From: Candidatus Dojkabacteria bacterium
Lineage (GTDB): Bacteria; Patescibacteriota; Dojkabacteria; B142; OLB20
NCBI GenBank assembly: GCA_035444565.1
Contig: DAOMOX010000005.1
Span: forward strand, 5,045 to 69,044
Direction of reading: 5' to 3'
Length of the DNA: 64,000 nt
In this document: positions 56,736-64,000 of the stretch, piece after piece
Numbering within the stretch: the first letter of the stretch is position 1
Layout: each line of letters starts with the position of its first letter
Translations under genes and position numbers: made by a program
Notes under the pieces: generated by a model
Database searches by the model: none
What the model saw: the letters and a program-made list of their open reading frames with translations, nothing else
What the model was told of the DNA's origin: nothing

Positions 56736-58139
56736 CTACATTATCTTCGATATTTTTAATGATTTTATCAAATCATCACAAGTTGCTGATGCATCTGATA
56801 AATCAGGATCAAATGTGCATGATGCTTGAATTTGAGCGCTTACTCCTTTTATTTTTAGTTTATCAGAAGTACAACCTACATAGTTCTCTACTAACATATC
56901 TGAGGGTAAATTTTTATAACAGACAGTTTTATCAGGATCAGGATAATACATTCTGTACGAGAATGATTTTTTTACTTGATAACCATTTACAACTCTTTCG
57001 TCACTCCTAATCAAATTAATAAATACTTGTGTGGATTCTATATCAAATGACGGTGGTGCTGCTTTTTGATCCGAAAAACTGATATCTGCAAAATCATCTG
57101 TCGGTTCAAATATACTAAATAGTAAAGTCGCATTTTGTCCTACAACACTGAAGGAATTCCAAGATGAATTTATGTATGTCCCTTGAGGATAATCCTCAAT
57201 ATAGAATCTGTATTTACCTAACAATTCTGCTGTTGTTTGATTCCTAAGTTCTAGAATTGCTTCTAGTTTCGGTTTTTCATATTTCTCATTTTCTTCAAAT
57301 TTCTTTTCAACACTATCAAAGAATCGAAATATCATTTGTTTACAATACTCATACTCATCTGGTGTTTCGGTAATACACTTCAATCCTACAAAATTCCCGA
57401 ATTCAGTACCCTCAGAAAATTCACCCATAAAGCCTAAATTAACCCAAGCACCATTATTAACACTAACATAGTTGCCATCGTCGTCCATACTCATTAAGTA
57501 CAGGCTATCCATTTCATCCACTTGTAACAAATAGAGAGGATAATTTGGAAGCTTCTCGATAGTAGGTGCCTTTACTAATTTTGTCTCCTTTTGTTCCATT
57601 GTTAGTGTAGCTTCATTAAATCTATCCTGGAACAAAGATAGTGCTTTAGTATCGATCTGGACATAAGGAAATTCCCCACCCTGAAGTAGATAAATGAACT
57701 CGAGTTTCGTGTCTTCAGATTTGCTTATTGATAGATATTGAACACCGTTAATCGTTTTCCCTTCCACTTCTGGATGGTAATTTATTCCTCCAATCAACTC
57801 TACTTTCGTATCAGAAGGGTGTTCAAACTCAAGATAGTCATCTGAATACAACTCGAAAGCGATTGTAGGTAAAACGGTCACTGTAGGCAATGGCGTGCTG
57901 TCGTTGTTGTCTGTATTGGTTGCATTTTCTTCTGGTTTGAAAAACATTAGATAAACAACAACTATCAAAGCCCATACAAGGACTAATAAGGTAGAGACGA
58001 TAAACAACTTTTTATAATTCACTTTTTTCTTTGTAACAGTTTTATCTGTCGGTTTGTCACTTTTACCAGTAGTTACCTTAGCACTAACCTGATTAGGAAC
58101 CGGTGTGACTTCCATTTCATTTTGAATATCTTCACTCAT
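56736..58139 (-). CDS. Membrane-anchored extracytoplasmic hypothetical protein
   Basis: K-rich N-terminus and a TM 'LFIVSTLLVLVWALIVVVYLMFF', then a roughly 400-aa domain containing several Cys near the C-terminus. Confidence 0.4.
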   Translation of the reverse strand: MSEDIQNEMEVTPVPNQVSAKVTTGKSDKPTDKTVTKKKVNYKKLFIVSTLLVLVWALIVVVYLMFFKPEENATNTDNNDSTPLPTVTVLPTIAFELYSDDYLEFEHPSDTKVELIGGINYHPEVEGKTINGVQYLSISKSEDTKLEFIYLLQGGEFPYVQIDTKALSLFQDRFNEATLTMEQKETKLVKAPTIEKLPNYPLYLLQVDEMDSLYLMSMDDDGNYVSVNNGAWVNLGFMGEFSEGTEFGNFVGLKCITETPDEYEYCKQMIFRFFDSVEKKFEENEKYEKPKLEAILELRNQTTAELLGKYRFYIEDYPQGTYINSSWNSFSVVGQNATLLFSIFEPTDDFADISFSDQKAAPPSFDIESTQVFINLIRSDERVVNGYQVKKSFSYRMYYPDPDKTVCYKNLPSDMLVENYVGCTSDKLKIKGVSAQIQASCTFDPDLSDASATCDDLIKSLKISKIM

Positions 58140-58219
58140 TTTAGTTAGAATAATATTCTTTATTCTATGTAAATTTCATAAGTAAGGCAATTCAGTTAAA
58201 CTCAGGAGATAGTTCAGCT

Positions 58220-58762
58220 ATGAATACAATTTCAACAAATCGATCACTGGTTAATACTATAATAGCCATATTTCTCTTAATCTTTGCTGCCTTTATTTCA
58301 GACTCAAAAATTAATCCAAATTTATCGAGAGACGTTTTAGGGACAGATACCACTTTATACAACGTAACTTCTATTGTCGATGGTGATACCATCAAGGTTT
58401 CAGATTCTCAGGAACAATTCACAGTTAGATTGATTGGTATTGATACGCCAGAAACAAAAGACCCCAGAAAAGAAGTCGAATGTTTTGGAGAAGAAGCCAC
58501 ACTTTATCTGACTAAACTATTAGATGACAATTCCATTATTTTAAAATCTGACAGCACTCAGGACGATGTCGATAGATATGGAAGACTACTCAGATATGCT
58601 TTCCTCCAAGACGGTACAAATGTAAACAAAACGATGATCCAAGATGGTTACGCATATGAATACACCTATTCCAAGCCTTATTATTACCAAAAAGAATTCA
58701 TCGACGCACAACACTTCGCCCGGAATGGAAGGTTAGGGTTATGGAGTGGGGTTTGCGATTAG
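58220..58762 (+). CDS. Secreted thermonuclease (staphylococcal nuclease, SNase-like)
   Basis: 'VDGDTIKV...VRLIGIDTPETKDP...ECFGEEAT' and 'DRYGRLLRYAF' match the SNase catalytic core. It has an N-terminal signal or anchor. Confidence 0.75.
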   Translation: MNTISTNRSLVNTIIAIFLLIFAAFISDSKINPNLSRDVLGTDTTLYNVTSIVDGDTIKVSDSQEQFTVRLIGIDTPETKDPRKEVECFGEEATLYLTKLLDDNSIILKSDSTQDDVDRYGRLLRYAFLQDGTNVNKTMIQDGYAYEYTYSKPYYYQKEFIDAQHFARNGRLGLWSGVCD

Positions 58763-59071
58763 CATCTATCCATATTGATTAATTATATACTCACTCGTGA
58801 AGGTATGTCAACCAACAGACATTTTATGGCTAAATAATCATCACTGCCAAGATGACAGGATTTCAAATATATGGTTTAATATTATTAATTAGTTAAATCA
58901 TATGATAGCAAATAAAGAATTTCCGAAAAAAGAAGATGATTTTGGATCGGATGCCGAAAATATAATAATTCCTAAAGATGTAGTTGATTTCCTAGAAGAT
59001 TTAGCGCTCACGAATAGACCTGACGAGGGAGCTAAAAAGATGGGCGCATTAGATGACGAGGGAAGTGAAGA

Positions 59072-59569
59072 TTAAACCCAAAACCTCAAAGACCCCTCTT
59101 TCTCACCCTCGAGTATTCCTCCATTTTTTTCAATCACTCTTCTAGATGCAACATTGGAGCTATAGCAAGTCAATCGCACTTTATCTATCCCTAACTTTTT
59201 TGCCTCTATTAGAGCTAATTCAAGCATTTTCGTTGCATAGCCTTTCCCTCTGAATTCAGGCGCGATTGTATAACCAATGTGCCCGCCTATTTCTTTTAAT
59301 CGGTCATTGAGATAATGTCGAACTTTTATAAACCCGACGGGTTTATCATCAACAAAGAACCAATAAGTTGTTTGTGGAACTCGGTCAGGTTTTATATTAA
59401 CTCCTAATGATTCATCATATCTATCTTTCAGCTCAGCTTTAAATTCCTCGAAACTCATACCATGGTAACCATTTTGAAATGAGTTCTCTTCTCTAGGAAT
59501 CTTTTGGAGCATATCATATATCTCTTTCCCGTCTGATGGGGAGAGTTTTTGGAGTTTGAACTTTGGCAT
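59072..59569 (-). CDS. GNAT-family N-acetyltransferase
   Basis: 'HIGYTIAPEFRGKGYATKMLELALIEAKKLGIDKVRLTCYSSNVASRRVIEKNGG' (acetyl-CoA binding motif A). Confidence 0.7.
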   Translation of the reverse strand: MPKFKLQKLSPSDGKEIYDMLQKIPREENSFQNGYHGMSFEEFKAELKDRYDESLGVNIKPDRVPQTTYWFFVDDKPVGFIKVRHYLNDRLKEIGGHIGYTIAPEFRGKGYATKMLELALIEAKKLGIDKVRLTCYSSNVASRRVIEKNGGILEGEKEGSLRFWV

Positions 59570-59645
59570 AATAGAATCGAAAATTAACGAATATCCCTAA
59601 GAAGTTTAATTTATGTAGACATCAGAAATTTAATAACGCTAAGTC

Positions 59646-60755
59646 TTAAGTGCATGCACCACTACTACACCCATTTTCACAAGCTCGGGTAGTGTATTCG
59701 TAAGCATCGTACCACCCCTCGTAGTCTGATTTAACACAGAAGAATTTCACTGCAGTGTCATCAACACAATAATCCTGGAGGGATAATTCGTTCATATAAA
59801 CCGTATTACTATCTTTGTAATCAACTACTTCACTTGGAGAAGTTTCCAAGCAACTTCTATCTACTACTTTGTCACGTACATTGACGAAAGAATAACTTAT
59901 TGAATTATTGTTCGAATTAGTGTCACCATCGTAACTCATGGTAAATTTGAAGTTTGTTGTATCACCCACTAATTGTGCATTGTTTGTATACTTCCAAGTA
60001 TACGCTGTATTGATAAAGGGTCCGAATTCACCAGCTTGTACTTTTATTGGAGAGGTCGTCCGAACTACTTTATCGTTAATGCTGTGTTCAAATACAATAG
60101 CTTTTTCAGTATCACTAGTGTTTTTAACTAGTGGCATAAATGCATTCTCAACATCAATACTAATCTTATCACCATAAGTATAAAGAGCCACAATTTCAAC
60201 ATCACCAGTCTCCAAATCAGTAAATTTATTAGTACCGGATGATGATATAGATACTGTGGGACTTACAATTCGTGTGGGAGCGGGTATACTTGTTGGCTGA
60301 GGTTTGTAATAGTATGGGTCATATGGATTTGAAAGGACCTCGAACTCCAAGCAATCATATCCTTCATCATGAACCAAAGTTTTTACCTCTGAATTATCAT
60401 AAAAGTAATAGTAACGATGATTTTCAATGTCTTTCTCATCCGCACTCATAGGAAAGTCTGTACATATTTTATAATTGAATTCATCTAATTTCCGATACTC
60501 ATAATGTTTTCCAGTTTTATCATTTTTGTATTGCTCAGAATCACTGTCATAATAATCCAAATCGTCAATCTGAAAAGGCAGGGAAGATTTTTGTCTATAA
60601 TGAGATTTGATGTTTTCACTGATATTTCTTATCTCCTTAACTATCGCTTTATCATAATTCATCTTGACCAAGTCAAATGGGTTACCTATTAATGCAAGGA
60701 CTAATACACTAGCAAATATCCATAGGATTATCACAAACGTATAGTAATTTTTCAT
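59646..60755 (-). CDS. Membrane-anchored secreted hypothetical protein with a Cys-rich C-terminus
   Basis: N-terminal TM 'FVIILWIFASVLVLALIG'. C-terminal 'CVDDTAVKFFCVKSDYEGWYDAYEYTTRACENGCSSGACT'. Confidence 0.4.
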   Translation of the reverse strand: MKNYYTFVIILWIFASVLVLALIGNPFDLVKMNYDKAIVKEIRNISENIKSHYRQKSSLPFQIDDLDYYDSDSEQYKNDKTGKHYEYRKLDEFNYKICTDFPMSADEKDIENHRYYYFYDNSEVKTLVHDEGYDCLEFEVLSNPYDPYYYKPQPTSIPAPTRIVSPTVSISSSGTNKFTDLETGDVEIVALYTYGDKISIDVENAFMPLVKNTSDTEKAIVFEHSINDKVVRTTSPIKVQAGEFGPFINTAYTWKYTNNAQLVGDTTNFKFTMSYDGDTNSNNNSISYSFVNVRDKVVDRSCLETSPSEVVDYKDSNTVYMNELSLQDYCVDDTAVKFFCVKSDYEGWYDAYEYTTRACENGCSSGACT

Positions 60756-61423
60756 TCTATTTTTCTGTCTTCTTTAGTTTGATTTAGTGCATACATGAAG
60801 ATTAGTGCGCTTATTCCGACAATGATAAGCGTATCAAAAACCGCCTCTAAATTTATCTCCCCACCTAAAAACCTGGTTAGAACAATGATTAAATCAACTA
60901 TGACAACTATACTAGTGATAATCATCGTTATGTAAACAAGAACTAGTCTCAGCGTTTTTCTTTTCAATTCAGGATAGAGCTTTGTTCTCTTTGTGACCCT
61001 AATAAAGAAAAACGAGAAAATCGGAACCACAACAATTAGCGCAGCTACATATATTTCCATCCAACCCGTACTGTAATAGCGCATGGCCGATTCTTCAAAA
61101 AATAAAGTCTGATCTATGAACATGTTCAATAACACCCCACTCGCAATTGCTGTAATTCCCATCGTTACGAACATCATCACATTTTCAAAAGCATCCCATA
61201 GGGTATACCTCACCGGCTTTTTCCCTGTATCTGTTTCTTCACTAGATGGATTCTGGTCGTTTTCGTCACTTAAGCTACTTTGTTTTGTGGGGATATTCTC
61301 GTAATCTTTTGGAGGCAGAGGTACTCCATTATTTAGAGATTCGAATGTGTGTCGAATATCCTCCATTTTCCATCCTGATGTACTTAACAGATTCTCTATC
61401 TCTTGGTCACTTTTTCCTTCCAT
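60752..61423 (-). CDS. Polytopic membrane protein, hypothetical
   Basis: Acidic N-terminal roughly 70 aa, then four or more TM segments. It overlaps the downstream gene by 4 nt. Confidence 0.4.
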   Translation of the reverse strand: MEGKSDQEIENLLSTSGWKMEDIRHTFESLNNGVPLPPKDYENIPTKQSSLSDENDQNPSSEETDTGKKPVRYTLWDAFENVMMFVTMGITAIASGVLLNMFIDQTLFFEESAMRYYSTGWMEIYVAALIVVVPIFSFFFIRVTKRTKLYPELKRKTLRLVLVYITMIITSIVVIVDLIIVLTRFLGGEINLEAVFDTLIIVGISALIFMYALNQTKEDRKIE

Positions 61424-61665
61424 TCGCTGCTTCTTTACGAAATCAACAATTTTATGTATAAATTTTCACTACACTCTTATATAATTAGGTCTATTCTATG
61501 AGAGTATTAAGCAATAAATTGTATCTTTAAATTAACTATATGCCAGAAATATCATCAGATAATCCACTAATCCATAAAGTGAGGCAGCTTAATATGGCTG
61601 TTCCCCTCAGAAGAAAATCTTTATTGACAAAGTGGGCAAATGATTAGGGTATAACTCCACAAGAA

Positions 61666-62181
61666 ATGTTACAACTATTATCGAGAGCTGAGGTCTCAAG
61701 GATTCGTGAATTAGAGAAAGGTCCTCTTTATCATTATCACACTATGCCCTTTTCCAGATTAGAAGATGCGCTTCAAGATGGTGCTTTGGAATCAATGAAC
61801 ATTCAAAAAGAAAGAGGTAGAGAATTCGAATCAAGTGGTTCTAGGCCAGATGTCGTTCAGTTTACGAGAGATAGATACAAAGCTAATGGTGAGCTATCGG
61901 AATGTGGGGTTAATAGCGCTATTAAAGCAACTGGCGATATGTGCGTCTTGGTTTTTGACCCTAGAATTATGGATCTTCCTGATTATGACATCACCGGAGA
62001 ATACCCATCGATACCCAGGATTAGTCTTAATAATGGGACACTGATTGCATGTTTATATCATAATCCCCAGCAAGCAAGGGAATTATTTACAAATCTAGCA
62101 GAAGAAAATCCGGGGTTAATCTTTGCTACACCTGAGGAGTGGATGGGGAACATCGAAAATCCTAAAATGACAGACGTGTGA
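61666..62181 (+). CDS. Hypothetical protein
   Basis: 171-aa ORF with no recognised motifs. It is adjacent to the tmRNA-proximal GIY-YIG gene. Confidence 0.35.
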   Translation: MLQLLSRAEVSRIRELEKGPLYHYHTMPFSRLEDALQDGALESMNIQKERGREFESSGSRPDVVQFTRDRYKANGELSECGVNSAIKATGDMCVLVFDPRIMDLPDYDITGEYPSIPRISLNNGTLIACLYHNPQQARELFTNLAEENPGLIFATPEEWMGNIENPKMTDV

Positions 62182-62199
62182 TTTATAACCTTTTCATAC

Positions 62200-62508
62200 T
62201 TATCGCATCCCGGAGGACTTATTGTTTTGATTGTTTATTTTGGTTGACTTGCAATTACTTTTTAAATATTCTCTCAGTATTTTCTTTAATGTTCTTCTTC
62301 CATAACCAGACTTTAAATATCTCTCATATCTTTTAGCATCACTTTTGTTTGGAAGTGCAAAATAGCAGATTGGGTTGTATGGCAGGTGTTTTCGAGTATA
62401 TATAAATTCACCTCTGTTGTGTTGGTTTATTCTCCGAGTCAAATCCATCGTATAGCCTATATACCAAGACTGATCCTTTTTACTTTGTATGACATATACG
62501 AAAAACAT
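62200..62508 (-). CDS. GIY-YIG nuclease family protein (small YhbQ-like), second copy in the window
   Basis: 'MFFVYVIQSKKDQSWYIGYTMDLTRRINQHN' is a canonical GIY-YIG N-terminus. Length 102 aa. Confidence 0.7.
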   Translation of the reverse strand: MFFVYVIQSKKDQSWYIGYTMDLTRRINQHNRGEFIYTRKHLPYNPICYFALPNKSDAKRYERYLKSGYGRRTLKKILREYLKSNCKSTKINNQNNKSSGMR

Positions 62509-62610
62509 TCAATAATGGTATACGGAGAGAGAGTAATGCTATTTATTTAGATACCAAGTTTAAATTTGGGAGTAATTTATAGTCACGTGATATTTTTCAC
62601 TTCGTTCAAA

Positions 62611-62700
62611 ATAAACGTGACCCATTGAGTTTAGCTTTTGAGATATAATTGTCAAGTAATATCCTCCCTTTGGTCGGATAAACGTGACTCATTGCGTTTA
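62611..62700. repeat. Two roughly 23-bp direct repeats (ataaacgtgac[c/t]cattg[a/c]gttta) between the tmRNA 3' end and the GIY-YIG gene
   Basis: Copies at 62611..62633 and 62678..62700, about 21/23 identical. A related 'tcacgtga' lies at 62583. Confidence 0.5.
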
Positions 62701-62727
62701 AATTTGCGTAGCAAATTTATCACGCAA

Positions 62728-63187
62728 TGGAGATGGCGGGAATCGAACCCGCGTCCAAACGATACTGCGACCTACATACTACAAGCTTAGTTGATTTAAT
62801 TTGAAACAGTTTGATCAAAATCAACAAAAGCCAAACTGCTTTGATTTATAAGTGCTTCGGTTCTAAGCATAAATCAAACTTAAAACCTGCAACTTGACTA
62901 AGTTTCTCCCCAAACCTCCCGCCAAGTGAGGAGAGAATGAGAAGGTTGCTTACTTGTCCGCCGAAGCTTACGCGAAGGCGGGATTAATTAGGCAACAGCA
63001 AAGTTGAATTGAGGTTCGACATTGAAAAATGCTACTACTCTATCAACGAAGCCTTGAATTTTGGTTTTGACGCTTAAGTCAATTTCCGATTGCTCGGAAT
63101 ATCCTCCCGTTTTTAGCGAAGTGGCAGGATAAAGCACTTCGGCTTGCGGTAAATCACGGTCATCATCTGTCGAAGCCGATCATCCCC
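62728..63187 (-). ncRNA. ssrA: tmRNA (ssrA, transfer-messenger RNA)
   Basis: Minus-strand 5' end 'GGGGATGATCGGCTTCGACAGATG...' is the canonical tmRNA 5' 'GGGG.TGA..GG.TTCGAC'. The 3' end '...GACGCGGGTTCGATTCCCGCCATCTCCA' carries a tRNA-like T-arm 'GGTTCGATTCC'. The 7-bp acceptor stem GGGGATG/CATCTCC has G3-U70 (Ala identity) and a discriminator A, and CCA is not encoded. A candidate tag reading frame is '...GCA TTT TTC AAT GTC GAA CCT CAA TTC AAC TTT GCT GTT GCC TAA'. Local GC content is high. Confidence 0.8.
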
Positions 63188-63210
63188 TTATTATCAACAT
63201 AAACTATATA

Positions 63211-63239
63211 TTGACAAACAGTGAATATCCATAATTATA
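63211..63239 (+). promoter_or_regulatory. Candidate sigma70-like promoter for the downstream + strand ORF
   Basis: TTGACA at 63211-63216 with an A/T-rich -10-like 'ATTATA/TTATAA' 17-18 nt downstream, about 85 nt before the ATG at 63324. Confidence 0.3.
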
Positions 63240-63323
63240 ACATGTAATGAATTGTGTGGTTATTGATTCTTATCTCTACTTGATAAAATGTATCAAAGAC
63301 GTATAGAATGAATTAAATTAATG

Positions 63324-64000
63324 ACAAAATCAAATGATGCCACCTACTCTTCCAATTATTGATTCAACGCCACAAACACCTATAGATCCAAAAAAAGAAT
63401 TATTAAAACCCTTTAATAGTAGTGAAAAAGCGACTGAAGCTGTGAGAGAACTTTTCAGAACTATTCCTCCAGAGAAATTTGATAGTCTTGTAGGCAATGG
63501 TGTTTTACCCAGAATATTGGAACACGTACCTGACCAAACATTTGATACTACCCCAAATGTTTTAGCTCATGCATGGACAGCGGGTGAAGATTTAAAACGA
63601 CAAACTGCCAACTCGATACCACGAACTATCATCGACACACATCTTACAAGAACACGCCCTAGCAACCAAAGCGGAGCATTTGCCACCATGGATTTTTCAC
63701 AAAAAGGGCTTAATGGAGAAAACTTATATAGTGAAAGAAATCCTGGACTTGTACTTACTGCGAGATTACTCGCTGTTGCTGCAGGTATGGACAATGTTCC
63801 AGTTCTAAAAACAAATTATGCTGGGAGAATAGATCCCAAGGCAGCCAACGGATTGTTGGCCGCAAGGATAATCACTATAGCAAATGGTTTACCTGAAGGT
63901 TTTTCAGACACCATGCCACCTCAAAAAAGACAACTCTTTCCAAATCTTGAACCTACCCCTGCTTTAGAAAATGCCGTTTATGAAATAATGAGAGCAAGAT
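63324..64000 (+). CDS. Hypothetical protein, 3'-partial (the frame is open to the window end)
   Basis: Translation 'MMPPTLPIIDSTPQTPIDPKKELLKPFNSSEKATEAVRELFRTIPPEKFDSLVGNGVLPRILEHV...' runs uninterrupted from 63324 to 63998. It is absent from the ORF track only because no stop lies within the window. Confidence 0.5.

Noticed and set aside
58902-59075. Possible 57-aa acidic ORF (MIANKEFPKKEDDFGSDAENIIIPKDVVDFLEDLALTNRPDEGAKKMGALDDEGSED) in the 309-bp gap between the SNase and GNAT genes
   Set aside because: It is below the length cutoff of the ORF track and has no recognisable motifs. It could be real, since it overlaps the GNAT stop by 4 nt in a convergent arrangement, but the evidence is insufficient to call it.
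63188-63217. Minus-strand TTGTCA-N16-GATAAT promoter-like sequence immediately 5' of the tmRNA mature end
   Set aside because: The -10 element would sit only 2 nt from the mature 5' G. tmRNA is made as a precursor processed by RNase P, so the real promoter should be further upstream. The same bases read on the plus strand give a TTGACA box that fits the downstream plus-strand ORF better.
63567-63794. 75-aa minus-strand ORF
   Set aside because: It lies antisense within a longer open plus-strand frame (63324 to the window end) whose composition looks more coding-like.

Overview
This is an AT-rich bacterial window with compact, operon-dense gene organisation. A groES-groEL operon, yidC-jag, ftsA, rplY, ribA, an xfp-ackA (phosphoketolase / acetate kinase) pair and many small secreted or membrane proteins together suggest a reduced genome, possibly a CPR/Patescibacteria-like organism; that assignment is inference. 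Most of the window is ordinary housekeeping or cell-envelope genes. Four regions are unusual. First, at 5.9-13.8 kb (minus strand) a single tightly coupled operon encodes a small polytopic membrane protein, then a membrane-anchored Hsp100/Clp-type double AAA+ ATPase that lacks both the Clp_N domain and the ClpP-docking loop, then seven paralogous secreted cysteine-rich proteins. All seven share a C-terminal TM-helix / [S,T,G]-[D,N]-P-x-K-I-x-x-[A,G]-K loop / TM-helix module with VirB2/TrbC-pilin-like topology. I regard this as a candidate undescribed secretion, pilus or surface-display system. Second, at 38.5-53.1 kb (minus strand) a 3266-aa giant surface protein with LamG-like, BNR/sialidase-like and beta-helix-like repeat regions is followed by two paralogous roughly 570-aa surface proteins that share its C-terminal roughly 270-aa Cys-containing domain, and by an SH3b-domain membrane protein. 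Third, GC-rich palindromic repeats sit on both sides of a GIY-YIG nuclease gene at 53.2-54.0 kb, with a related hairpin copy at 31.8 kb inserted into the 3' tail of a membrane-protein gene. Fourth, a tmRNA (ssrA) gene at 62.7-63.2 kb has a second GIY-YIG gene and short direct repeats immediately downstream of its 3' end. Smaller oddities are a Lon-like AAA+ ATPase with no protease domain, an HD-domain gene split by a frame change, and a LOG-methyltransferase fusion. I found no rRNA genes, CRISPR arrays, transposases or integrases.
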